This document shows positions 49,301-62,000 of a DNA stretch of 64,000 bases, in pieces. Source of the stretch: Azolla caroliniana (taxonomy: Eukaryota > Plantae > Polypodiophyta); the NCBI GenBank assembly GCA_043228905.1, contig JBHGNT010000002.1, positions 26,350,001 to 26,414,000 on the forward strand. The letters are read 5' to 3'. The translations under genes were made by a program, and so were the position numbers. Position 1 is the first letter of the stretch; each line of letters begins with the position of its first letter. Below the pieces are notes generated by a model. It did no database searches. It was not told the origin of the DNA and was given only the letters and a program-made list of their open reading frames with translations.

Positions 49301-51120
49301 AGAAGAAAAACTTAAAAATGGCCATCTTTCTGCCCAGTTGCACTTTTCTAATGATCAAGTTATTTCTTGGTTCACTTCAATAATATCTGTTGATATTCTT
49401 TATTCCTCTCTGATTTTGTCATATCCAAAAATGGACACTAAAGTATATAGTCAAATGGGGCACCATCTTCTCTAATAATACTCTTGGAAGTTATTTCGAA
49501 AAGGCTATTATTTATTATGATGTTCTATATGTGTGGATCTATGAGGGATTCTCCTAAATGTTTTCCATTACCGACATTGATTGCAGAAACCTTCCCGAAG
49601 TAGCAAGTGCACATGAAGTTCTTGGAGTACCAAGTGTTAGTGCTCGGTTTGGTACTGCCCCGGTGTTTTGGAATTGGGCAATGGGTGCAGTAGCCACGTT
49701 TTCCCCTCCGGTAGTTCCAAGTGTTCTTGCCATTGTTTTGGATGTCCTAACCCTTTTTTATTCAAAAATTTATGATGTTATGTGTGATCGTTTTAGGGTT
49801 TTTTGAAAGACCGAAAGAATGTAGAAATGCTTGTCAGTCTTACAAATCCATTAGTGCGTGTAGTTGATGGAATTGTTGGTGAACGTGTGTCCATGAGGGT
49901 GGGTGTTTACTTTCTTTTTCGTTTTGAAAAGGGTATTTGATTAATTGCTTCGACTATATCTCTGTGAAAAATTCTCTTGTTTCATTGCAGAAATTTTCTA
50001 AATTTTCAAACCTGGTTCTTAGCAGATTGATTTTGAAACGACTGATCAGAAGAAGACAGTTGCACTCTTCACTCACAAGAAACTCTCGGTGTGAGTTAAA
50101 GTTACAATGCTGCTCTTGTCTTTACTTTATTGAGTGGTTTCTTTCTTGTTTTGATAGATGCTGCATAATTGTAAATATTATTGAGTGATTTTTTTCTTAT
50201 TTTGATAGAAATTGCATTTAATTATTTTGGGAATCATGACAAAGTTTACAGTTCATAGTAGATACTTTGGTGTAAAATCTAACACAATGCTTGTCATTCA
50301 GATCGGTTGGCATCTGCATTTCTGCATTTGTAAGGGCAGTTTTGGAAGGGAGTACACAACCAGGTGTTTGGTACCCAGAGGAGGTAAGCGTTTTTCTTTT
50401 CGACACGGGTCTAGGATTTTGTGTGTGTTTATAAGTGTGTATTGGACTTCTGATAAGCGATGAATGGTAAACAATTATATAAAATGTGGGGGATGTAACA
50501 CGTAAAAAATGATTTGCAAGTATGATTCTTATTCCTGCCGAAGATTTTTGAATGCAGATGAAAACCATCTGTCTCCCAATATTTGATGCAAAGAGTATAG
50601 TGATTGAAATTGGCTCCTAATGTTTTGGGAAAATATATACCCTTTGACATGAGAGTTCTCTTAAAGAGTGTATGGACTCCTTATCACTTCCTATTTTTTT
50701 TGTTTTATACTTTTGTTGTCTATCAAGGCAATTTATGATAGTAAAGTTTATCAAAGCTATCCAGCTTATCTAACTTGAGCATATATGGGAGGAATTCAAA
50801 GCTATTCTACATGCGGATGACCTAGAGAATATAAACTATTAAAAACTACTCTTTTTTAATAACACATTGAAACTTTTCTCTTTATATAAAGTCCGAAGGT
50901 ATCGCGATTGAGGCCAGGCAGACACTACTAGAACGAGCTGCTGAAGGCACGATCAATTTTGTAATGAACAAGTAAAGTGTTTCATAACCTATGTTATGTG
51001 CTTTACAAGGAAAATATTCAATAATTTCTTTTTAGCTTATAAATTTTCAATGACATTGCCAGGTCTCCTTGGATGATAGAGGCAGAACCAAAACAACTTG
51101 GTTTTGGCATCTACATGTAG
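43345..51120 (+). CDS. Saccharopine dehydrogenase-like NAD(P)-binding oxidoreductase (At1g50450/HBFD1-like family), likely plastid-targeted, 13 exons
   Basis: Exons 43345-43616, 45505-45602, 45690-45772, 47002-47128, 47224-47302, 47613-47710, 47808-47892, 49587-49710, 49797-49898, 50026-50090, 50302-50383, 50892-50971, 51063-51120. Motifs VLILGATGRVGS, DLVVHAAGPFQ, YIDVCDD, AGIYPGISNVMAAE, TAGSGGAGPT, NLPEV.S..EVLGVPSVSARFGTAP, PGVWYPEE, PW..E.EPKQLGFGIY. Confidence 0.92.
43811..44068. repeat. 129-bp tandem duplication in intron 1
   Basis: ggttattatttagagcaagttg...ggaaata.catcttgattc starts at 43811 and 43940. Confidence 0.9.
44159..44765 (-). mobile_element. 5'-truncated L1-type LINE 3' end (intron 1)
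   Basis: ORF2 C-terminal motif IWQLVSNITIWYIWKAQCLKVFQN. The minus-strand 3' end reads TTTTTTTGGAC-AAAAAA. Confidence 0.75.
46268..46665 (-). mobile_element. Second 5'-truncated copy of the same LINE family (intron 3)
   Basis: IWQLVSSITIWYIWKARCLKVFQNVTE. Colinear with 44165-44530, including the 3' UTR end ccaaaaaaagatacta.attagtatta. Confidence 0.75.
47961..48048 (+). mobile_element. tRNA-derived SINE copy (intron 7)
   Basis: GCCTAGATGATTGTAGCTCAATTGGTAAGGTT..GGAGACCATAAGATCATGTGTTCAGCCTTACATTCT aligns with the reverse complement of the 39 kb copies. Confidence 0.6.
48812..49460. repeat. Old diverged ~340-bp tandem duplication (intron 7)
   Basis: Paired anchors tctaaagc, aatgaaaccata, ggccatc, cacttcaat.atat and ccaaaaatggaca recur about 330-345 bp apart. 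Confidence 0.75.
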
Positions 51121-51939
51121 CATGTTATTTTTATGGGACAACATTTTATTATCGTTTTTGTGGATGTTGAGTAATCTGTACATTGAAATAAAATATGATT
51201 TTAACAATAAATTGTACATTCTATCAAAACTTTCCTGGTGTCAATGCTTTTTAATCGTATCTAAATTTGGTAACTTGTGTTCTTTCGTATTTGGATTTTT
51301 GGATTAATCACTCGTTAAGGATGAATTTACATTAAAACGGTGAAAAACAAAATTACAGTGCATTGCTGAGGGAGAGTCAATTATTTATTAAGTTTTTAAA
51401 GTGCTAAAAAGGAGGTAGTTCTGTTGATGAAAGTCACTTCTGGAATTCAAACTTTATTGGATGTAAATTCCAATTGATACTGGGTTTGCAAATCCTCATT
51501 TCTTGCCTTTTACAAAATCCCTATTAACCCAAAACTATGTTGTAGCTCCCATTTCAACTACCATATGTTGTATGATGTATCATATTTAGGTAGTAATTAT
51601 GAAGTGATTCTTTCTAGATTTGCCACTGTGTGAACCCTCCTGAATGTGACCTCTGCATGATACAAACACTGATCCATGTATAATACATCCCTGTTATGTT
51701 GTATTTTGTGATTTTCCCTAACCCATACCTGAGGCATTCATGGCCCTATATTTTTTTTTCCCAAAATCATTTATAGCCCCATTATGTTCTATCATGTGAT
51801 TTTACCTGAGCCATGCATAATACTTTCATGATCTTGTCATATTATACTAGGCGACTGGCTTTAATTTTTAAATTGTTAATACTTGTCGATGCCGTATGGT
51901 CAATACTTCACTCTCAAATCGCTTTCGTTTTTTCCTTTG

Positions 51940-52119
51940 GGTTGCACATCCGAATATGACAAAATACAAAACGCATTTCTTACAAAGATAAAGCACAGAT
52001 AGTATGGCAAAATAAACTCCTTGGCATAGGTTGCACATCAGAATATGACAAAATACAAAACGTATTTCTTAAAAAGATAAAGCACAGATAGTATGGCAAA
52101 ATAAACTCATTGGCGTAGG
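51940..52119. repeat. 89-bp tandem duplication
   Basis: ggttgcacatc.gaatatgac...aaataaactc.ttggc.tagg starts at 51940 and 52029. Confidence 0.9.
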
Positions 52120-53017
52120 TGTCCACAAATCCATTTGCAAAAACAATTATAAAGTCTAAATTTTCCTTTTGACTTGATAGTTTTATTATTACATGGACAT
52201 GACCAAATAAGAACCCATTTCCCATTCTCCAACTGTACCATAGATCCAAATATTTTCCTTTCACCATATGTACATGCTGTGTTACTACATACATCCATCA
52301 AACAATATCCCCTTTATCAATATCCAAATTATCCCATTTCTCAAAACACTACCTTATATAGAATGGGAAAGGTAAAGCTCTGGTTCCCTGACATCATATT
52401 CCCTAACTCTGAATGCTATATACTTGTCTGTTAAAAGTGAGTGGCAGTTCACAAATTAGTGTTTCATTAATATCCTTCAGAAAACAATGTTGTCCAACTC
52501 ATCAATGGCAAATATAAATAGAAAAACACTAGACAGGTAGCACCACATTATGGGATTCACATCTCTCTGAATTATATTCATACAAGAGGATCATCTCGGA
52601 AATATATATATATATATATGTGTATAGTAATGGGAGATGCTTCCAATCCAAATTTACATTGGTAGATTGTCCACAACTTGACCCATATACATTACAATAT
52701 GAGTGTACCTGCCAATTCATGTGGCCCTTCTAAACGAATATGCATTCAAAAGAATCTGTGTAGCCTCCCAAACCGGAATGCCAAAAAATGCAAGCATTAA
52801 GGGATTCTTATAATGCTCATATATAGCTTTCCTTAACAATTCTAAGTAGCTATATGCCTGTTTTGTGTACCCCTAGAAAAAAAGGGAAGCATGAATCTCT
52901 TATATACTTCTAAAACAACTTGCAACTGACATGGAGCCTTAAATCAGAAGCATTCAATGCTGGCCTTGGATCGTTTGCAGGTAGTAAATCATTTACACAA
53001 AGCTGGCATCACTATCA

Positions 53018-56000
53018 TTAGCCAAAGCCAAAACCTTCACTACCTTCATGGATTGCAAGTAGCAATCTCTCTCGAAGTTGTTCTTTTGATGAATATTCTG
53101 GAAGATCTAGCTGATTAAAACTGCAGAAAATACATCAAAGTTACAGCTGACAAGCGTATGGAAAATCTCCAATATCTTTTATAAATCCCACTAACGGATA
53201 TGCAATGTAGAATATCTCTAATGTTAAATAAACCACATTTTACCAAGTATGAGCTGTTGGAAGGCGCTCTGGAGCACCGTATGCTTTGTGAATTTGACAC
53301 CTTTGAGGACCTGAAATACCTTGCAATGCTCTGAAACCCTCAAGAGGAACCTGTGAAAATATGTAAATCTTCTTTTGAGTACCCATCAAACTCAAATTTT
53401 AAAGTATTAAATAGAAGCGCTAAAGACTAGAAAAAAGCCTCAAACCTTCAAAATAGCTTTAGAATATATAGATTTCAGACAAAAAATACCACAAAATGGG
53501 CCACGCTCAACTAGGCAGGAAGCTACACAAATGTGATCTCTAATTATGGGGCAAACACACAAATTGTGTGTTTCAAGAAATTTGAGCACAATGATAGATA
53601 GTATTGTTGCTTATACTGTCGCTCAAATCCAAGAGCACATAACCATCCTTAGTTTGGAACTCAAATCCAGTGGAACTGATTAGTGTCATAGAAAGGATAG
53701 GTGATCTCAACTTAAAGGTTTGTGTAATGAGTGATGTAGGACAAGAACCTAACAAATACTTCTTGTGATGTGGAATTTGAGTACTAAATCATTGACAGAT
53801 TAGGGTGGGGTTATGGCTTATACAAGGGCATCTAATCTCCTTAGGATTAAAATCAAGTGACGTAACTAAATGGTAATAATAACAGTGAATGGACCAATAA
53901 AAATACCCTAGATGTTCCTGTGATGAATTGCAACAATCGAGCCATGTCTTCCTTGCTAAATTCATGCACAACCTCCCAGAACCACTGTACAACAGGGGAG
54001 GCAGCTGTGAACCCAGTATACTCGGTATTTGCTTTCAGATCATCCACTGCAGAGGAAGAGATTTGAATATTAAGTTTAAATAAACTCTCAAGAGTATAAC
54101 CAGCCAATTCATATAAAGAATCTTACAGTCAATTTCTGGAAGACCACTGATCAACAATTCAAGCTCTTTGTCATTAAAAATTGAGATTAGATCTCTATTC
54201 ACAAGTTCATTAAAACCCTCCAAGAAGGCATTGATCTGTGGACGGATTGCTGTGGTGAGCTTGTGTTCAGCATTAAGGTCCACATACTCATGTTTATTCT
54301 CCTCTGACACCCGAATATTCCTACCTCCAGGTATCAACTCAACATCAGTTACCTGACACCAAGTAGAATCAATAAGCCAAAATCTAGTAGTCACAACTCA
54401 TTTGCATAAAGGAAGAAGGATTCAATACCTCTGTTTTTTCATATAGTATATGTTTCTCTTCATCTGCATCCACACTGAAAAACACCCCAACTACATCATC
54501 GATGTCATTCTGCAGGAAAAAGAGAATGAGAAGACTAATAGAATAGTTTCAGCATGAAAAACTATAGCTAGAAGAGTCGTCTCTATAGAAGTAATTTTCT
54601 ATCATACAACCTGAAGTCAGTTGAATCCCAAAATCATGAAAACAAGATTCACATGAGAGACAACAAACAGGGCAAATCATCTATCTAGGAAAAACAGGAT
54701 GTGGTTCTCAAATAATGCTTTGAAAAATAATCCTCAATCTGATACCCATTGAATAGAATAGTTTCAGCTATAAAAACAGAAAATTCACAAGCTTCCAGGC
54801 ATTTAGCTTGAGACCAGTGTCCAGGCATTAAATTTCAAACCGCTGAATATTTCAGTTCTAATTTTGGAGTTGTGGATTCCTAAAATCTTTGCATATCTAG
54901 ATGGAGAAATCCAATGAATGCATGGCATACCTCTAGCATCCACTTTAAATTCTTATAATAATCTGGATCCACCGCTTCAATATCATGATATGTTACTTTG
55001 ACCCCTAATATGTGCTTGTAAAAAGACCTCGTAAAATATACATCAAGTAGTTGACCATCAAACAATGCTTTTGCAACCTGTTGAAAGAGAAGATCGAGGG
55101 TCACCATCAAATGCATCCTTCAGAAGTGCAAAAATTTAAAACTGTTATTTTACAATATTGATCGAGGCTATTACCACACGTCCAACAAACTTGAAGTAAG
55201 ACAGGTGCTCAGTTTGAAACACACTGTTAGGGTTTGGCTGGAATGTTGACTCATTTCCTACAGTTGTGAAAAGTAGTGCTCCCTTATCAAATATCACACG
55301 CGATAATAGTTGATACCACTCCCGTGTGAGCCCACCAGCATCAATACCTTCCTCTCCCTGAAATTGCACAGTGAATCGGCCTTTCAACTCTTCCACTGTC
55401 CTCATCCGTAGTTGATTATATGAATCCTCAAGTACATAGGAGCGCCGAACACAAATCCGTAGAGGAGAGTAATGCTGCTGTTCATGTTGTTGCCTAATCC
55501 GAGCTCGAAAATATGACTTCTTGTTGTCAAAGTCTATCAACCTTGGAGATTTCAATAAAAGAGAAAAACATTTCTCCAGAAGAGCAGGATTCTGACGTAA
55601 GAAAGCATTGAGCATCCTTCGATGCTTCTCTGCAAACTTAAGGAAAGGCAAGTCTCTATCATTTCTATTCTGAATGCTCCCTGATGAGCTGGCAGCTTCT
55701 TTAATTTCTCGTGCAGTTGAAATACCAGGCTCTGGATGATTTGACATTGTAAAACTCTCTCGCAGCTTCTCAGATAAAACAAAAAATGCTTCTACAAAAG
55801 GCAGAACTCTTTGTGTCTCTGGTGGAAGAGGAGAAGCCAGCCCAGTATTGCCACTACCTCCATTTGCTGCAATAACAGAACCTGGATATGCTGAAGAATT
55901 ACTCAAACTAGTTTCCAGCCTTGTTATGCAGGAACTGAGAGCTTGCCAGAGAGGATCTAATGCAACATTCAACTTCCTAACTGTGTCGCCGATTTCAATA

Positions 56001-59000
56001 TCACCTCTGTCTTGAATATCTACTGTAAGGTTGCTAAGGCATTGTAGAACCCTCAAGATGGCTGCCCCAACCATCGAACTAGTACTTAGTATTATTGTCT
56101 CAGCATTTCCAAGATAGCCCAGTTCAGATATAGCAGGGTTAGTGAGGCGCCTGGCTGCATCTTCTAGCTCCTCCTTGAGAAGCCAGCGATGGTTTGGAGC
56201 TATATGTGCTAGCTTTTTTATCACTTCTGCAACCCGAGAGTAAGCTACTTCAGATAAACTGCAAAAATAATCATCAAACACGTTTTGTCAAGTAGCATCT
56301 TTTAAAATGCATACCACTCATGAATACATGCCATCAGACTTCAATATCTAACTTTGTTATAGAGAATAAACAATACGTAGAGTGATTCTAGTAAGGTTTG
56401 AAGCATTACCTTTGCTGTGCAAGAAGCTTGCACAATTTTCTAAGTTCAGATTCTGGAAGGCTAGATAGTATTTCTGATATATTTATCATTTTTTCTGTTC
56501 CAGAAGTTGATTGCTCTGGCACTCCATCCTCATTAACTTCACATTGCCGTAATGAATCATCTTCTGATGGCAGAACCTGTTCAAGATTATTTTCATGCCT
56601 CGATGTTCCTGGCATATCGGAGTTGGAAGGTGTTAATTCAACAGCTTCAGTTTCTTTAGGTGCTTTATCAGAGTCTTCTTTTTTACCAGACATATTCTTG
56701 ACCACATACTTTGTGCTAATGTGATTGATTATAACTTCAAGCAGCACCATAAGCTGATAACGAGCATCCAATTATTTAGCCCTGCCTCAATTAGCATAAC
56801 GTTACAATTTGAACATAATTGCACAAGAATACCTGTTCAAGGTGTGCACTGCTCCTAGAGTACAATGGCTGATTCAGTAACTTTAACAGGACAACGAGTG
56901 GCACCTCTCCTTTTGAAAGTTTTCCACAAGACTCCTCAATCAACTTACATTTGCCTTTCTGTTTTTCTTCATTAGTTATCCTATTTTTTGATGATTTGAA
57001 GTGAGTGAGGAGATCAGCCCCAGCACCATGATGTTTACTAAGATGTGTAAGGATTTCAAGCACGCGTCTAGAAACCAGTGGAGGAACTCCTACATAATCA
57101 ATACTGACTTAAAAAGTGCATAATGGAAATCAAGGTGCAAATTATTGACATCAAGGCATAACCATACAATTTTAGGAGTGCCTTGCATACCATCAGTAAC
57201 TTGTGAGCGTGAATAGACCACATTCCATCTACAGCCATAGAGACGTGACATTTCAAAGTCACTGGAAATATCTTGATCTCCTGCCTTAAGCATGTCCAGT
57301 AAAAGCTTTACTATGTACATTCGTGTCACACTATGTGCGCACAAGTTAAGCAAGAGGCGTTGTAAAAGTCCTTTGCCAAGGGGCTGCAAACGGCAATTAC
57401 ATCCAAAATATTATGATTAGAAAACATCAATGCATGTATATTTATCTCTCTTGAAACTATAGGTATTTGAAAACATTAGGAAACCTGAGCAAGGTACAGC
57501 AATTGAAGCATTGACTTTAAACCAGCCATATCAACAAGTGGCTTTCCTTCAACTTCCTTAGTCTTCATGCTTACACTTGCCAGTGCACCTGACCTCCGTG
57601 CTATTGACAAACCACCTGTACTACCTACAGTCCTATCCAGACCACTGACAGGATAATTCCTACGTATTCCAAATCTGTTAGCACCGGTAAATAGCCCTCT
57701 AGATTGGTATTGATTCATTGCTCTCTCTCGCAGCAGCTGTGCCTCAGCCAGAAGAGATGGAGGCAAAGCAGCCAGAACTTGATCTGATGATGTCAGAAGA
57801 ACCTGCTCACACAAATATCAAATGTTAACCTGTTATTTCTCAGATCTCAATCCATAACAAAATCAAAACAAAAGCTTACTTCCTCACGTAGCTCTGCTGG
57901 AAATGTTGCTATTATAGATGCACTATCCATGTCAACAGGCTGCCCTTCAACTTGCTGAGATTGGACCAATCTCTGAGCACGTTGCTGTGCAAGAACTTCA
58001 GCTTGAATATCTGGAGGTAATGCAGCTAAAAATTCAGGATCTATATCTTCTGTAGGCAGAGGAGCTGGAGGAGCAATACTTGGAGCTCTATTAATCTGAT
58101 TTTCATGAGATGCTAGAACCTCTGCACGGAGGTATTCGGGAAGTGCTTCCAAGAATGTTGGATCTATTGTGGTCATATCTTGGTACCCTTGTCGCACAGC
58201 TTCTTCAGTGTGCTCAGCTTGAATAACCTGTTCACTTGCATTTCCTTCCACAACAGCAATTGCAGCCTCTTCAGCCTGCATAGCATGGTCTTGGTTGATA
58301 CTAATGGTAACGGAGAGGTCTTCTTCCCGATTCACTTGAGCAACCTCTGATTCGACTGTGCTATCTGGAATTACATGTCTTCCCATATCCTCTTCATGAG
58401 CATCATCTTGTCTCTCTTCACTTTCATGCCCATCCATTTGTTCATCCACATTATGAATATCAATAGCTACGGTGTTCTCTTGATTTCCCATCAACACATC
58501 TTCCAGTAATGTATTGTCATCTGGGAGTTGATCGGTACTTTGGGCTTCAGAACTTGGAATTTGAGTTTCAACACTGGGGCTTGGTATAACTGCATTTTGA
58601 AGGTTTTGTCTCCTTCCATCTGCAGTGTCTGACTCAACACCTTCCATGTTCTCAGCAACATTGGTTTGCTCCAGATCTCTTGTTGTTATAGGTATTTGAT
58701 CTACTGGTTGTATTGCCTCAGGCATAAGACTCCTTAAATGTGAGACATATTGCTCCTCAATGCTCTGTGCAACTGCTGCGGCATATGCTCCTGCTTGTGG
58801 CTGCCCATCATCAGTCCATGTACTTAATCGGCTATCTGATCTAGCCACCCTTCTCACTGTCAAATATCCAGGATCCATGGAAAAATCAAGTAAAGGAGGA
58901 AGCAACCCACCTACACCACGATCGCCAAAGAGTCGATTGCCTGAATTATCGGACAACACATGATCATACATATAGTAGGGAGCCACATCAAATCCTATGC

Positions 59001-62000
59001 CTCTCAATGTATCAGCATTGCTTGTTATATTGCTACTCGTATTCCATACTGCAGCAGTACCTTGTACTCCACTTGATGACAATGACTGTCTAGTTAGCAA
59101 TGGATGCTGAAACGCAACGCCACGATCTCCTCCTGCCCTATCAGTGCTGGGTCTGGACCCAGTTCCAGTCCTCCGACGCTCCACCACCGGCCTACGAAAT
59201 GAACTAAATATCTCATTCATGCTCTGAAAAGGGTCCCCTGGAAAGTCAGCTAGTGGAGCTGAGCCAGTATGTTCTAAAATCTGTCCATGGTTGAGCCTTG
59301 CTAATCCATCCCTCCATCGCACTTCTATGACTCGGTTTTCCTGCCAATCTTCTTCCTCCTCCACATCATCGACAATATAATTATCAGGATAGTCATCACC
59401 GAGCCCATGATCTTCCTGGTCTTCATCAACATCAGTGTCTGGGGGTGACAGATGTGTGACCCCCTCCGCTCCTTCCATCTCATCCTCATCTTCATCATCT
59501 TCCTCTTCTTCTTCTTCCTCTTCGCCATCTTCTCCATCCATTTCTTCATCATCATCATCATCATGTCCACTCTCTGTGCGGTGCTCTACTCTAAAAGTTA
59601 TATCTGAGGCAACTGTCTCCCCTTGTCCATTGGAGGGATTGGAAGATGTCTCACGCATGAAAATTTGAGCTTCAGAATCTAATCGTGCTCCATCTGCCAT
59701 ATCACTTCCAATTGGTGCATCTGGTTCCATCATAGAATTAGAAATATTATGAGTCTCCAGATTCGGTGGCATACCTTCATTGACCATCTGTGCAGCAGCA
59801 AGATCTGCATCATGGCTACTAGAGATCCCTCCAACATCAAAAGATTGTGATACCCCTGCATCAGAACCTTCAATGGCCGTTCTTTCATCCATTAGCACTT
59901 TCTTTTCTGAACTTGCATAAACTGCATCCACACTAGAAGCAGCTCTTGTCAATGCCTCCAATGCTTTAAGCACTACATTTACCAATTTAACTGCTTCTGG
60001 ATGGTCCAAATCTATCACTTCCAGTGTATTTGTTAATGATTGTACTAATCCAGCATCAATCATTGCTTTTGCAATATCTGTTGAAAATCCAGGAGCTTGA
60101 GCATTATTAGATGCATGAGCTGATAAAATTAAATTGATCAAAAAAACAAATGCTCTAATTTTCATGTTTGGGGGCTGCAGCTTTTTCTCTGTGCCTTTCT
60201 GGACATTAGTTGATAATAACATTAATGCCTTAGAAATCTCAGAAACAATTCTTCTTCTTCCTTCTGCAGAGCGTACACATACAGCCAACAGGAAGTATGC
60301 AGCTTTATCTGAAAGCTTTTCCCTCCACTCATCCTCAGTTAGTTTTTCAGATTCCTTTTCAGCAGAATAAGGAAGCAATCTGTGAAGAATATGATATAGA
60401 AGACCTCCATGACTAATAGTATCTGAACCTGCCACTCTAACTTGGCTACATTCAGAATCACGCCGTATAACAACACCAACAGCACCAGAATACATCAGAA
60501 GAATTTCCATCATTAACTTTAAAATGAATGCAACTTTAGCTAAACCAGCAGAACCCTCGGATAAACTGCCGTGTCCAGGCACAACAGTTTCTTCACATTT
60601 CAATTTCCCTTTAACATCATTAGTGATGCTTGCATCCTCCATTGAATGAGACGGTGGTGTTGGAGAATGAAGCACCACCTCAAGCAGTTGATCTAAAACC
60701 TGCGCAAAGCTCTGGGGAACCTTTTTATGACTTTTAGACTTGTATGCAGGATCCTGGGCTTTCATATTTCCATCACTACAAGATGCAGCTATTCCACCAG
60801 CTAAGGAAGGCCTTGCTTTTTCACGGTCTTTTTCATCCCTCTCTTTTTCCTTCTCCAGGTCTCTCTCTCTTTCTCTATCCTTAGAGAGGATTATGTGGGG
60901 TTGCCCATTGAAGTTCTCAACCTGGCAAACAGCTGCTGAAGCTTGCAAAAAAATAGTTGGATTCCTTAAGACAACAGGAGCAACTGCTGTGAGAAACATT
61001 CTTGGGCTAACTCTTCCATTGTGGCGATGAGATGATGTAGTTAGCATATGCCTTATCTCAAACTCCATAGCTTGCTGTAAAGTCTGTGGATCCTCCAGAA
61101 GATGGCGGATTATAACCGCAGCAACACTATCGAACCCTGGAAATAAAGACCGACGTGGTAAACTCAGAATAGCAGCCAAACCCCCTGATTCAAGAAACTG
61201 CATTGCCACAGAATGTGCTTTAGTTAGCCTCGCACACAATTGGAGAACAGCTTGAACAGTAGTTGCTGGAATCTGTGAATTTAGAAAGTTGCATGCTATC
61301 TTCATGGCCCTATGTTGCTCAGTAAGTGTCATAAAACCTGTATATTTATCCAGAACCTTAACAAATGGGTCTACTTGTGTTTCATTTGAGTTATAAGTCA
61401 CGACATCACTAGCATCTAGCTTATGTTTTAAAACAGGATCTGATCTGCCACTAGCAACAGCCTGATGGTAATCTTTAGGGACTTTTGGCTTAAATTGTGA
61501 AAACAGATCTAGAACCAATAGCAAAGCTGTTACCCATTTTGGAGTGGTAATTAAGATTTCTTGAGGATTGAAAGTTGACAAAATATCTAATGCAATTGAC
61601 ACTAAACCCTGTTCTGAGGCGATCTCACGTGCTATAGAGTCTTCATTCAGAATCAAAGCTAACAAGTGGGAGACAACAGAAAGCAGATTATGATCTGAAA
61701 GCAAGTCCTCCATTGAGCATGACTTCAAATGATTTACCAAATGTGTTATTACTCTAATACGGTCTTGACCCTTATTACGATTGCAGAGTACTACAATCAA
61801 ATCTGTAAGCGGAAATGCAACAGCCTCTGTGCTCTGCAACAAGGCAATACAAGTGCCCAATATATCTTCCACAGGTGGTGCCTTCAGATTATCTTCATCA
61901 GCTGTTTCCTTCCCTTTGGAATCCTCTGTGTCAGGAGGAGCATCAGAGCTACCCAATGAAAGTGTGAGAGCGCGTGCCAGTTCATCCTCCTCTTGGGCCT

